NCBI GenBank assembly: GCA_963665115.1
Contig: OY762007.1
Span: 896,001 to 960,000 of the forward strand
Direction: 5' to 3'
DNA: 64,000 bases
Source: an uncultured Rivularia sp.
GTDB lineage: Bacteria > Cyanobacteriota > Cyanobacteriia > Cyanobacteriales > Nostocaceae
Under the pieces are notes generated by a model, which saw only the letters and a list, made by a program, of their open reading frames with translations, did no database searches and had not been told where the DNA came from. This document shows, piece by piece, positions 43,192 through 53,826 of this stretch; the stretch's first letter is position 1, and each line of letters starts with the position of its first letter. A program made the translations under genes and the position numbers.

Positions 43192-45522
43192 ATGAGACAG
43201 GGTAAGGCTGTAGGTACAAATCAAGTGGTAACGGCGCAAAATGTAAATTTAACGAATTGCCATCGCGAAGCAATTCACATTCCAAGTTCGATTCAGCCGC
43301 ATGGTATATTATTCGCTTTGAGCGAGCCGGAATTTACGATTATACAGGTAAGTAATAATACGTTTGAGTATCTTGGTTTGCAGCCGGAGGAGTTGCTAAA
43401 CCGGAAATTGAGTTCTCTACTTGATAAAAGTCAAATTCAAGCAATGCGTATGTGCTTGACGGAGGATTTTGGCAGCGTAAATCCGTTGAAAGTTTCTATC
43501 AAGCTTGGTCAGGAAACCCTAGTATTTACAGGTATAGTTCATCGGAGTGTTGGTGCGGTAATTTTGGAGTTGGAACCGACGCGTTCGACACAGGATGATG
43601 CAAAGTTTTTTGATTTTTATAACTTAGTTAGAAGTCCTTTAAATAAGATACAGAAAAGTTCGACGCTAAGTGAGCTTTGTAATGTAATTGTCAAAGAAAT
43701 CAGGAAAATAACTGGGTTTGACAGGGTAATGGTTTACCGCTTTGATGAAGATGGAGTGGGTGTAGTTATTGCTGAATCTCCTAGAGAAGACTTAGATAAG
43801 TATTTGGGTTTGCGGTATCCTGCTACTGATATTCCCGAGCCAGCTAGAAGGCTGTATATATTGAATTTACTGCGACTGATTCGGGATGTAAACTATCAGC
43901 CAGTAAAGTTAATTCCTGAATTAAATTCCCAGACTAACGAACCTTTGGATATGAGTTTGTCGGTGTTACGCAGCGTTTCACCGCTACATATAGAATATTT
44001 GAAAAATATGGGTGTTACCGCTACGATGGCGGTTTCTTTAGTGAAAGATAAAAAGCTTTGGGGTTTGATTGTTTGTCATCATTGCGATTCGGAGAAAGCG
44101 GTATCTTACGAAATCCGCACGGTGTGTGAATTTTTGGGACAGGTAATGTCGTTTGAACTAGCAGCCAAAGAAGAGAACGAAGATTTAGACTATAAAATGA
44201 AGCTGAAGTTGATTCAGTCTAAGTTTATTGATTCAATTACTCAAGCAGAAGATTTGGTTGACGGTTTAACCAAAAATCCATCCGATTTATTAGATTTAGT
44301 TGGTGCTTCTGGTGTTGTAATTTGTAACGATGGTATCTTAGCCAGAGAAGGTAAAACTCTTACAGAATTACAAATCAACGAGTTAGTTTCTTGGGTAGAA
44401 GCGCAAATGGGTTCGGAAATTATTTTTCATACCAATTCCTTAGCTAGCGTTTATCCAGAAGCAGAAAAGTTTACGGATGTTGGTAGCGGTTTAGTAGCTT
44501 TAGCAATTTCTAAAGTTCAAAAGACTTATATATTATGGTTTCGTCCGGAAGCTATTCAAACGGTAAATTGGGGAAGAAATCCTCATGAACCTGTAGAAGT
44601 ATTGGAAGATGAAAACATCGATATATCTCCCAGAAAATCTTTTAAATTATGGCAGGAAAAGGTAAAAGGAAAATCCTTTGCTTGGAAAGATTGCGAAATT
44701 GAAGCAGCGTTAGAGTTACGGAGTTCGATTGTCGGTATTTTGCTACGGAAAGCAGATGAGTTAGCGAAAGTTAATCTGGAATTAGAACGCAGCAATGATG
44801 ATTTGGATTCTTTTGCTTATATAGCATCTCACGATTTAAAAGAACCGTTGCGGGGAATTCATAATTATTCTAGCTTTTTAATGGAAGATTATGGAGATAC
44901 TTTAGATAGCGATGGAGTTTCTAAGTTAGAAACCTTGATGCGGTTAACCAAGCGGATGGAAAACTTAATTGATTCCTTACTGCATTATTCCCGTTTAGGA
45001 AGAACCGAGCTTTCGCTACATAATACTAATTTGAACGATATTGTTAATAATACCGTTGATGTCATAAAAATTAGCCATAATACAGAGATTGATATTCGCA
45101 TTCCGAGAACATTACCTATAATTAAATGCGATACCACTCAAATTAGCGAACTATTTGGTAATCTAATTAGTAATGGCTTAAAGTATAATGATAAAACAGA
45201 GAAATGGGTAGAAATTGGTTTCATAAACCCGGTGACTGATACCGAACAATATCAAAAAACATACAGCCATCGTAGCGATTCAGAACCACCAATTATTTTT
45301 TATGTTAAAGATAATGGTATCGGAATTCGTGCTAAACATTTAGAAACTGTTTTTCGCATTTTTAAAAGATTACACGCAGCAAATAGATACGGAGGTGGTA
45401 CTGGGGCTGGTTTGACAATAGTTAAAAAAATTGTTGAGCGTCACGGTGGGAATATTTGGGTGGAATCAATTTTTAAAGGCGGCACTACTTTCTATTTTAC
45501 TTTGCAACCCGATCAAGAATGA
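43192..45522 (+). CDS. Bacteriophytochrome-type PAS-GAF-PHY histidine kinase (CphB/AphB-like)
   Basis: LTNCHREAIHIP (N-terminal Cys), PATDIP, SVSPLHIEYL (no GAF Cys), PRKSF, SHDLKEP and HATPase boxes. Confidence 0.92.
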   Translation: MRQGKAVGTNQVVTAQNVNLTNCHREAIHIPSSIQPHGILFALSEPEFTIIQVSNNTFEYLGLQPEELLNRKLSSLLDKSQIQAMRMCLTEDFGSVNPLKVSIKLGQETLVFTGIVHRSVGAVILELEPTRSTQDDAKFFDFYNLVRSPLNKIQKSSTLSELCNVIVKEIRKITGFDRVMVYRFDEDGVGVVIAESPREDLDKYLGLRYPATDIPEPARRLYILNLLRLIRDVNYQPVKLIPELNSQTNEPLDMSLSVLRSVSPLHIEYLKNMGVTATMAVSLVKDKKLWGLIVCHHCDSEKAVSYEIRTVCEFLGQVMSFELAAKEENEDLDYKMKLKLIQSKFIDSITQAEDLVDGLTKNPSDLLDLVGASGVVICNDGILAREGKTLTELQINELVSWVEAQMGSEIIFHTNSLASVYPEAEKFTDVGSGLVALAISKVQKTYILWFRPEAIQTVNWGRNPHEPVEVLEDENIDISPRKSFKLWQEKVKGKSFAWKDCEIEAALELRSSIVGILLRKADELAKVNLELERSNDDLDSFAYIASHDLKEPLRGIHNYSSFLMEDYGDTLDSDGVSKLETLMRLTKRMENLIDSLLHYSRLGRTELSLHNTNLNDIVNNTVDVIKISHNTEIDIRIPRTLPIIKCDTTQISELFGNLISNGLKYNDKTEKWVEIGFINPVTDTEQYQKTYSHRSDSEPPIIFYVKDNGIGIRAKHLETVFRIFKRLHAANRYGGGTGAGLTIVKKIVERHGGNIWVESIFKGGTTFYFTLQPDQE

Positions 45523-45998
45523 TACAACAACTTGTAGAAAAATCACATTTACCTTTACTAATAGTTGAGGATAGCGACGAAGATTTTGAAGCATTCGGAC
45601 GTTTTGTACGGTGTGCTAAGATTTCTAACCCGGTTTATCGCTGCGTTGATGGTGAAGATGCTCTAGACTTTCTTTATCGTCAAGGAGATTATCAAGATTT
45701 AGAACAAGCACCGCGCCCATCTATAATTTTGTTAGATTTAAATTTGCCGGGAACCGATGGAAGAGAAGTTTTAGAACAAATTAAGCAAGACGATAAACTA
45801 AAGACTATTCCAGTTATTGTTTTTACTACTTCATCCAATCCCAAAGATATTGAAACTTGTTATCGCTTCGGTGTGAATAGCTATGTTTTGAAGCCAATAA
45901 ATGTCGATAAATCTAAAGAAGTAATGCAGTCTATTGTCGATTATTGGTTTAACATTGTTGTTCTTCCTGAAGATAATAAGAATTACGACTTATATTAA
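45519..45998 (+). CDS. Rcp-type single-domain response regulator
   Basis: 4-bp overlap with the phytochrome gene; ILLDLNLPGTDGREVL, FTTSSNPKD and C-terminal YW. Confidence 0.92.
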   Translation: MIQQLVEKSHLPLLIVEDSDEDFEAFGRFVRCAKISNPVYRCVDGEDALDFLYRQGDYQDLEQAPRPSIILLDLNLPGTDGREVLEQIKQDDKLKTIPVIVFTTSSNPKDIETCYRFGVNSYVLKPINVDKSKEVMQSIVDYWFNIVVLPEDNKNYDLY

Positions 45999-46323
45999 GA
46001 ATTCAGTTCAATTTATATTAAATTTAGAACATTATTTATTATTTTTGCAAAATTCGGATATTTGGCTTCAGAGGTAGTTAAGTATCATCAGTTTTAGTTT
46101 ATACTTTATCTTGATATCGTAATAGCCGATCTTTCTCTAAATAATCAAGATCAATATAGATATATATGTAATTTAAAGAATTAGTCTCGATCGGATTAGA
46201 CATACTATTATAAAAAGATGTAAAAATTTAAGAATTATCTTTATTCCATGCCCATTCCCCAGTGCTGCTAAGTAATGGAAGTTTTACGTACTTTGAGGCA
46301 AAGCAGCAAAAAGGTAAAACATA

Positions 46324-48600
46324 ATGCAAAATCAGCGCACAATTCTAATTATCGATGATTGCCTCGAAGATAGACAAACCTATCGTCGCTACTTGCAAAA
46401 AGACGATAAATACGACTATACCTTTTTAGAAAAACAGCATGGGGGAGATGGTTTAGAAGCTTGTAAGCAAATCGAACCAGATGTTATTCTGCTTGATTAT
46501 ATGCTTCTAGATATGGATGGTTTAGAATTTTTGCAAAAGTTAAAGCCTTACCGTAATGGTAGTAAACCATCAGTCGTAATGCTGACGGGAGAAGGTAGCG
46601 AAAAAGTTGCTATACAGGCAATGAAGTACGGCGTTGAAGATTATTTGATCAAAGCAGATACAACAGCAGAAAGCCTGCGTCTTGTTGTTAGAAACGTTAT
46701 CGAAAAAATAGTTTTGCAGCAGGAATTAGCAGCGAGCAAGCAGCGTTTCTATGCTTCGGTAGAAAATATGCTCGACTGCTTCGGTATATATCTTTCTATT
46801 CGGGACGATTGCGGGAAAATTCAAGAATTTCGCAGCGAATATTTAAATACTGCGGCTGGTGAAGACAATTTAATCGGCTTAGAAAAACTTGAGAATGAGC
46901 AAGAAAGAGAATTGTTTGAACAGTATTGTCAAGTTGTAGAAACAGGTAAGCCGCTATCAAGAGAAGTTTTATATTTTGTTAGTAATAAAGAAGGAATTTT
47001 AAGTAAAGCTTACGATATTAGAATATCTAAATTAGAAGATGGTTTTGTGGCAACTTGGCGCGATATTACCAAACGCAAACAATCCGAACAAGCATTGCAG
47101 CAAAGCCAGCGTTTAATTCAACAAATCGCCGATACAACGCCAGATTTATTATATTTATATGACTTAAAAGAACAGCGGAATATTTATATTAATTGTCAAA
47201 TACAACAACGTTTGGGTTTTTCTCCTCAGCAGATTCAGGAAATGGGGGTAGATTTATTAAAAAACTTAATTCATCCAGATGATTTACAGCGTTTAAAAGA
47301 TTATCACGAGAAATTTAAATCGGTAAATGACGGTGAAATCTTATCTTTTGAGTACCGAATGCGCGATGCTCAAGATAAATGGCACTGGTTTAGCAGTCGC
47401 GATACAGTGTTTCTAAGAACAAATGATATACCTCGTCAGTTATTGGGAGTAGTTAGAGAAATTACGGCTCAAAAACAATCTCAACAAACTTTAAGAGAAA
47501 GTGAAGCTCGTTTTCGTCACATTTTTGAGTCAGATATGTTAGGAATCATGTTTTGGAAAACCAACGGTAAAATAGTTGATGCCAATACGCGCTTTTTGGA
47601 AATTATTGGCTATAGTCGCGAAGATTTGCAAGCAGGATTAATTCGTTGGGATCGGTTAACACCCGAAGTTTGGCAAGATGTTGATAGACAAGTAATCGAA
47701 GAAATTAAAAGCAATCGAGTTTGTAATCCTTTTGAAAAAGAATATCTTCGTAAAGATGGAAGTAGAGTGGCGATTGTTTTAGGTGCTTCTTTACTAGAAA
47801 ATTCTGGAGATACTGGTGTTTCTTTTATCCTTGATATTACAGAGCGCAAGCGTATAGAGAAAGAACGCGCTCAGTTATTAATTAGCGAACAACAAGCCCG
47901 AGAAGAAGCTGAAGCAGCCAACCGAGCCAAAGACGAATTTGTGGCAATGGTATCTCACGATTTGCGATCGCCACTGAATGCGATTTTAGGCTGGTCGCGA
48001 ATATTACAACAAAAGGGCAACGACGAAGTAACAAGAAACCGTGCTACAGAAATTATTGAGCGTAATGCCAAGACGCAAGACGCATTGATTGAAGATTTAT
48101 TAGATATATCAAGGATTGTACAAGGTAAGCTTGAATTAAAAATTAATTCGGTGAATCTGCAATCTATAGTTAAAGAAGCAATTGATTCAGCATACCCAAT
48201 CGCAATTGCTAAAAATATTCGTTTAGAATCCCAGTTTGATTTTGCAATAGAAAACACCGTGGGGGATGCCAATCGTTTGCAGCAAGTATTGGGAAATTTA
48301 TTAAGTAACGCAATTAAATTTACACCCGAATCGGGATATATAAAAGTTGATTTACAAAAAATAGAAAATACCGCTCAAATTACAGTCAGCGATACAGGAA
48401 AAGGAATTAGCAGCGAGTTGTTACCATTAATTTTTGAACGCTTTCGTCAAGGTAACGACATTGAAACCAAGCAAAAAGGTTTGGGGTTAGGATTGGCGAT
48501 CGCCCATCACTTAGTAGAATTACATAATGGTACAATTACCGCTAAAAGCCCAGGAGAAGGGAAAGGTACCACTTTTATTGTTAGTCTACCTTTGCAGTAA
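46324..48600 (+). CDS. Hybrid sensor kinase REC-PAS(x2-3)-HisKA-HATPase
   Basis: ILIIDD, ILLDY, IHPDD and EKEYLRKDG PAS/PAC motifs, SHDLRSPL, NLLSNAIKFT and GLGLGL. Confidence 0.92.
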   Translation: MQNQRTILIIDDCLEDRQTYRRYLQKDDKYDYTFLEKQHGGDGLEACKQIEPDVILLDYMLLDMDGLEFLQKLKPYRNGSKPSVVMLTGEGSEKVAIQAMKYGVEDYLIKADTTAESLRLVVRNVIEKIVLQQELAASKQRFYASVENMLDCFGIYLSIRDDCGKIQEFRSEYLNTAAGEDNLIGLEKLENEQERELFEQYCQVVETGKPLSREVLYFVSNKEGILSKAYDIRISKLEDGFVATWRDITKRKQSEQALQQSQRLIQQIADTTPDLLYLYDLKEQRNIYINCQIQQRLGFSPQQIQEMGVDLLKNLIHPDDLQRLKDYHEKFKSVNDGEILSFEYRMRDAQDKWHWFSSRDTVFLRTNDIPRQLLGVVREITAQKQSQQTLRESEARFRHIFESDMLGIMFWKTNGKIVDANTRFLEIIGYSREDLQAGLIRWDRLTPEVWQDVDRQVIEEIKSNRVCNPFEKEYLRKDGSRVAIVLGASLLENSGDTGVSFILDITERKRIEKERAQLLISEQQAREEAEAANRAKDEFVAMVSHDLRSPLNAILGWSRILQQKGNDEVTRNRATEIIERNAKTQDALIEDLLDISRIVQGKLELKINSVNLQSIVKEAIDSAYPIAIAKNIRLESQFDFAIENTVGDANRLQQVLGNLLSNAIKFTPESGYIKVDLQKIENTAQITVSDTGKGISSELLPLIFERFRQGNDIETKQKGLGLGLAIAHHLVELHNGTITAKSPGEGKGTTFIVSLPLQ

Positions 48601-48747
48601 TCAGTTATCAATTATCAATTATTAGTTAGAGGTTAATAGTGAATAGTTATTTATGTTCCACAAAAATAGATAGTTAGTAGTGGGAGCATCTTGCTCCCTA
48701 TTTTTTTCTCGCCATCTCGCCATCTCCCCCATCTCCCTATCTCTCTC

Positions 48748-48850
48748 TAAGCTATTGCGTATTCAATTTGTATATGAGAAGCGGGCAAGATGCCCGCACT
48801 ACAATCGTTCAAATTCTTTACCTTACACAATTTAGCTGCACGTCAGCTTA
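48748..48850. mobile_element. Second ~100-bp MITE-like element with an internal REP hairpin
   Basis: Ends taagct...agctta with partial further complementarity; internal gcgggcaagatgcccgcactac. Confidence 0.6.
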
Positions 48851-50968
48851 TCAATCAGAAATCAAAACACCATAGGCTTCATTAATCGATCGAATCTTCT
48901 CCTGAGCTTCCACTTGTTGCGGTTGATTAACAAATAAATCTGGATGCCATTTTTTGACTAAACTTTTATAAGCTTGTTTGATTTGTGATGGTGAAGCATC
49001 TGGTTTTAAACCAAGAATATTGTAAGCACGAGCAATTTTATCTTTATTAGTTTCGGGTTTCCGATTATCTTTAAATCCAGATGAATGCATTTCTGATTTC
49101 ATCCGTGCAATTTCTTCATCAATTTCCCAGTTAACAAACTTTTTCTCTACATCTTCTTTTTTTGGAGTTTCTTTTTTCTGGCTAGGAGACTTTTTGAAAG
49201 TTCCGACATCTTCTTTTACTCCTTTACCAGAATAACTATATACAGATTTAGCTTGAGGTGAATTTACAGTAGTTTCTTCTATTTCAACCTTAAATTCAGA
49301 TGGAATATAAATTCCTAAAACTTGCTCTAATTCTCTGTTTAAATTATTTAAAGTATTGTGCCATTGTTTTAATTCTTTTCGTTTCGCGGCTATTTGATCG
49401 GAATCTTGATTGACGGGAACAAATTTAATTACTTTATCGGCTTTCCTTTGGTATTCTTCTAAAATAGATAATCCTTGCTGACTTAATTTTAGTAAATATT
49501 CATCAACAGCATTGATACAATTTCTTGCTATTTTCTCGGTATAAGATTCAGTTGTATTCTCACCACCTTCTTGTAAACCTTTATCAAGTAAATAAGCAAT
49601 ACCTCCACCTACAGCAGCCCCAATGGGGCCACCTAGTAACCAACCAATTCCACCAGCGGCTGCATAGGCTCCAGCATCACTATTATTAGAATTACTTGGT
49701 GGAGGTGGTATTTCTATTTCTGGATGAGCAGGAAATTGAATTGATAAGTTTTCTGGTTTTGATTGTGCAAAGAAATCATATGCTTGTTCTAACCATTTTT
49801 CTAAATCAGTTGTTAATTTTTCTAAATCATGTTTTAAATTATTGGTTTCCCAGTTTTTAAAGTTATTGCTAGCTAATTCAGTTGCTGCATCAGCTTGATA
49901 TTTTTCGCATAAATTATTGAAATTAAACCAATCGCGTAGTTTAGATAAGCTTTGAGCAAAACCTTGTTTAATTAATCTTTCTGCTTTAAGTTTAATTTCG
50001 TTTTTAGCTTTGTTTTTGTCATCAAATTCTTTAATCTCATTTTTTAAAGGTGTAATTTTAGTTTTCAAACCCTGTTGAATTTGAGATGCTATTGATTCAA
50101 TTCTTGGAGAAGAAACACTTGCATCATCTTGTTTTAAACTTGTAGCAATATTTTGTAAAGCGGCTTCAAAAGCAACTAAACCGCTGGTATTTGCGGCTGC
50201 AACATCACCTTTCAATCTTGCTCGTAAAGCTGGTAAAGCATCAACTCGATATAAATTGCTTAAACCAGATGGTAATTGAGAGCGAAAGCTTTCTGCAACA
50301 AACCGCAAACGACTTTGGACTTGTTTTTGTTCTTCGGGTTCGAGTAAATTGAGAAAATTGGCAACGAAAACAACTGTTTTAATTCCTCTATCTAACAACC
50401 AATCGCGTAAATTTTCTCGTTCCTCCAAAGTCATTAATTTACGCGCATCGAGTAACTGCACTACTAAATCAGCACTTAATAATTGCTCTTTGACTAAATT
50501 ATTTTGTTCTTCCCTATCGTTAGTGCCCGGTAAATCGAGAAATTCTACACCTGTTTTTAGAAATGGATGGGGAGAAAAAACTTCTACAGATAAAACATCA
50601 TTTCGCATCCTTCTATCGTCATCAAGGATGGCAAATTCCTTTAAAACATCGGTACCGCTGCGATGAATTTGCTTTCCATCTTGAAAAGTAATGCTAGTTT
50701 TTAATACATCACCATATTTAACAGTAATTGCAGCACCAGTAGTAGGGATTAAATCGATTGGTAAAGTCTTATTTCCCAGTAAAGCATTGAGTAAAGTTGA
50801 CTTTCCGTGATTGAAAGGACCAAAAACCGCAATGCGGAAGTTAGGATTTATAAGATGATGGGAAATTGCTTCGACATCGCGGTAAAGTTGAGATGTTGCT
50901 TCTAAGTTTAATGATTTAGCTGTAGATTTAAGAGTTTCTACAAGTTGTTGGTAATTTTGATGCGGCAT
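48851..50968 (-). CDS. Dynamin-like GTPase with a C-terminal DnaJ (J) domain
   Basis: GPFNHGKST, PTT, DLPG and a glycine-rich hydrophobic paddle; ends AYNILGL...IKQAYKSLVKKWHPD...INEAY. Confidence 0.9.
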   Translation of the reverse strand: MPHQNYQQLVETLKSTAKSLNLEATSQLYRDVEAISHHLINPNFRIAVFGPFNHGKSTLLNALLGNKTLPIDLIPTTGAAITVKYGDVLKTSITFQDGKQIHRSGTDVLKEFAILDDDRRMRNDVLSVEVFSPHPFLKTGVEFLDLPGTNDREEQNNLVKEQLLSADLVVQLLDARKLMTLEERENLRDWLLDRGIKTVVFVANFLNLLEPEEQKQVQSRLRFVAESFRSQLPSGLSNLYRVDALPALRARLKGDVAAANTSGLVAFEAALQNIATSLKQDDASVSSPRIESIASQIQQGLKTKITPLKNEIKEFDDKNKAKNEIKLKAERLIKQGFAQSLSKLRDWFNFNNLCEKYQADAATELASNNFKNWETNNLKHDLEKLTTDLEKWLEQAYDFFAQSKPENLSIQFPAHPEIEIPPPPSNSNNSDAGAYAAAGGIGWLLGGPIGAAVGGGIAYLLDKGLQEGGENTTESYTEKIARNCINAVDEYLLKLSQQGLSILEEYQRKADKVIKFVPVNQDSDQIAAKRKELKQWHNTLNNLNRELEQVLGIYIPSEFKVEIEETTVNSPQAKSVYSYSGKGVKEDVGTFKKSPSQKKETPKKEDVEKKFVNWEIDEEIARMKSEMHSSGFKDNRKPETNKDKIARAYNILGLKPDASPSQIKQAYKSLVKKWHPDLFVNQPQQVEAQEKIRSINEAYGVLISD

Positions 50969-51000
50969 AATTATATATTGAAATAAAAATTGTTATTGGT

Positions 51001-51289
51001 GTAGAGACGTAGCACTGCTACGTCTCCGATATTTATGGTTGTAAAGAATCGTTATTCCGGTAAATGCGGAGACGGGTAGATATTACCTCTCCAATATGTA
51101 TTATTCTAAAGAATCGTTATTCCGGTAAATGCGGAGACGGGTAGATATTACCTCTCCAATATGTATTGTTTCTAAAGAATCGTTATTCCGGTAAATGCGG
51201 AGACGGGTAGATATTAGCTCTCCAATATGTATTATTCTAAAGTATCGTTATTCCGGTAAATGCGGAGACGTAATGTATTACGTCTCTAC
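51001..51289. repeat. REP-bounded ~65-bp tandem repeat (3 full units plus 1 partial)
   Basis: Units start at 51042, 51107, 51173 and 51238, between inverted GTAG REPs. Confidence 0.92.
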
Positions 51290-51348
51290 AAATCAATCTG
51301 CGGGTAAACTAATTATGTTTTTACAAATCATTTCGCGGGTAAACGACA

Positions 51349-53424
51349 TTAACCGTAATAAGACAGCAAATTACTATAAGCTGATTCAACATTCTGCAAC
51401 TCTGCAAAAATATCTTTCTCTAAAACTTCAAATCGCTTTAATTCCTCATCGCGGTTAATTTCACGATTTTCTTTTTGCTTCAACAAATTATCTAATTCTG
51501 ATTTCCGAGCCGTAATATCATCTTGAATTCTGCTACTTACTTCTTGCTCGTAAGCATCAAAACATTCTTTGACTGCATGATAAACATTCGCAGATTGTTC
51601 TTCCGCTACTTGCGGTAAATATTTTACTAACTCTTTCCTCGCGGTTTTAACTAACTCCTTCCTTGCTCCATCCGCTTGTACAACTCCTACACCTAAGCCT
51701 AATAAAGCAAAACCAATGGGACCTAGAAAAATACCAGTTACAGCGGTGATTATTCCACCAACTCCGATAACAGTAAAGTAATTTAACAAAATATTTTTCC
51801 AGTCAAAACCGGCACCAGCCATTGCAAAACCAGCGAAGTTGCCTCTCGATAAAGATAATAATCCCATTGCCCATTTTGCCCAAGTAGGAGAATTATCTTC
51901 CTCAGCGTTACTATGAGAATTAATTTTAACTTTTTCCCCAGTCAACTTTTGAGTGATGCTATCGGTAACTTGTGTATAGGAAGCACCATATTTTGCCGCA
52001 CTTTGAGATAATTCTTTAAAAGCTGCGGTAATATCTTCTTCAGCAGTTAAGCTCCAAGCAGATAATTTATCAGTAATATATTGTTCAAAAGCTTTTTGCA
52101 GTGCAATATTAAAAGCTTCCCGCTTCCCGCTACTTAAAAAATCAAATAAATTTAATTCTGGCTGATATTGTAAAAAATCAGTTTCAAAAGTATCCCCTAA
52201 ATTTAAAATGTACCTGCGGAAAGAATCGGAAATACTTTTAGCTTGAATATTACGAGTATCTTTAATTTCTTGCTGAAATTCATCACCAATACTTTTAAGT
52301 TTCTCAAATTCTGGTTCTACAGAATCAATTTTTTCACGAAGTTGATCGACATCTTGCTCTAATAAAGGAATTCGTCTTTCAATTGCTTCTTTTGTATGAT
52401 GACAAGCTTGTCTTGCTAATGTTCTTACTTGACGCAATTCAGCAACCGCTCTTTCTCTAGTTAAAAATATATTTAATGCCTGCATGAACTCGGTAAAACC
52501 AGTACCTTTTAGATCGGCAGCAGGATTTTTTAACCGTTTGCGTAAAGCTTGAATTGAGGAAATTGCAAATACTCTTTCGTCGTAAATATCTTGTCCGTCA
52601 ACAACGCAATATTCAGCTAAGTTGGCTTTAAATACTTTATGCAATCTTTCTTCAGCTTCCCGTAATTCTACCTCATCATCTGGATCGATTAAAGCTTCTT
52701 TTACCTGGTCCCAAGCATTAACTAAAAAGAAAACCGATAAACCTCTACCTTTAATATAGTTTTCTAAATAACGGCGCTCTCCCAAAGTACAAGGTTGAGA
52801 AGCTCGCATTACAAATAAAATTGCATGACAGTTATTTACGTAACCCAAAGATAATTCGTTTCGAGCTTCCGTATCGTTCAAACCAGGGCTATCAATGATT
52901 TCAATACCCTTTTCTAATAAAGGTAAAGGATATTCAACCACCGCATGGCTAACATCGGGAAACGCTGGTTTCTTCTCTGCTTCTAACCTTTTAGCTTCCG
53001 CTGGATCGATAGTATACTTATGTTTAAAAGAATCAAAATCTAACTGTTGCGGACTTTTACCATCATTAAAATGAACCGTTACCGTTTTTTCTGCTCCGTA
53101 ACGCAAAACAGTTAAAACAGCAGTACAGGGATTCACATCGCTAGGTAACAATCGTTCGCCAATTAAAGCATTAAGAAAAGTACTCTTTCCTCGCTTCATA
53201 TCTCCTAAAACCAATAACCGAAATACACCTTCGCGGAGATTTTTACTGACAACCTTAATATCTTCAATATCGCGTTCTAAACTTAATTTACCTGAATTTT
53301 CTTCAGAAGCTTTTTCAGCTTTATCTATAGTTTCAACGATTTTATCTAAAGATTGAGATACTTCCGAACGGACTTGGACAACTTTTCCTAAGTCATCTAA
53401 AAAATTATTATCTGTTTGTATCAT
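51349..53424 (-). CDS. Bacterial dynamin-like protein (Nostoc BDLP-type)
   Basis: LGDMKRGKST, VNPCT, DSPG, VNAWD and a hydrophobic paddle; 691 aa. Confidence 0.93.
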   Translation of the reverse strand: MIQTDNNFLDDLGKVVQVRSEVSQSLDKIVETIDKAEKASEENSGKLSLERDIEDIKVVSKNLREGVFRLLVLGDMKRGKSTFLNALIGERLLPSDVNPCTAVLTVLRYGAEKTVTVHFNDGKSPQQLDFDSFKHKYTIDPAEAKRLEAEKKPAFPDVSHAVVEYPLPLLEKGIEIIDSPGLNDTEARNELSLGYVNNCHAILFVMRASQPCTLGERRYLENYIKGRGLSVFFLVNAWDQVKEALIDPDDEVELREAEERLHKVFKANLAEYCVVDGQDIYDERVFAISSIQALRKRLKNPAADLKGTGFTEFMQALNIFLTRERAVAELRQVRTLARQACHHTKEAIERRIPLLEQDVDQLREKIDSVEPEFEKLKSIGDEFQQEIKDTRNIQAKSISDSFRRYILNLGDTFETDFLQYQPELNLFDFLSSGKREAFNIALQKAFEQYITDKLSAWSLTAEEDITAAFKELSQSAAKYGASYTQVTDSITQKLTGEKVKINSHSNAEEDNSPTWAKWAMGLLSLSRGNFAGFAMAGAGFDWKNILLNYFTVIGVGGIITAVTGIFLGPIGFALLGLGVGVVQADGARKELVKTARKELVKYLPQVAEEQSANVYHAVKECFDAYEQEVSSRIQDDITARKSELDNLLKQKENREINRDEELKRFEVLEKDIFAELQNVESAYSNLLSYYG

Positions 53425-53826
53425 GATTTTTGATTAAAATAAAATATTTACTCGGAATTATCGCGATTATCGAAGCTAGTTTAATCGTACTTAGCTTCTT
53501 TGAGATTAAAGACATTCAGTAATTTCGTTTCAATTATCATCAATAAGCACCCCCAAACAAATTTATTATGAATACTAGTATTATTATATAAAAATAAATT
53601 AAATTTACAAAAAATCACCTCAGTGTAATTACTGTTTATAATTATAGTTTGTTAAACAATTAATTAGAAGCTGATAAATTAATTTTGGATATTTTGTATT
53701 GGTAAGAATATACTCTATGTCTGATTAGAAGAATACTTTCATATCTAATATTGATAATTAACTTTAAGGTAGGATGTATTTATGTTGTGTCATAAGCAAT
53801 ATTGATTGAATTAAGGAGATATTTTG

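Noticed and set aside
51042..51289. Possible CRISPR array
   Set aside because: The would-be spacers are identical, the unit derives from a REP, and there are no cas genes; it is a tandem repeat
51195..51458. 87-aa plus-strand ORF
   Set aside because: Starts inside the tandem repeat and overlaps the dynamin 3' end in antisense; no coding signature
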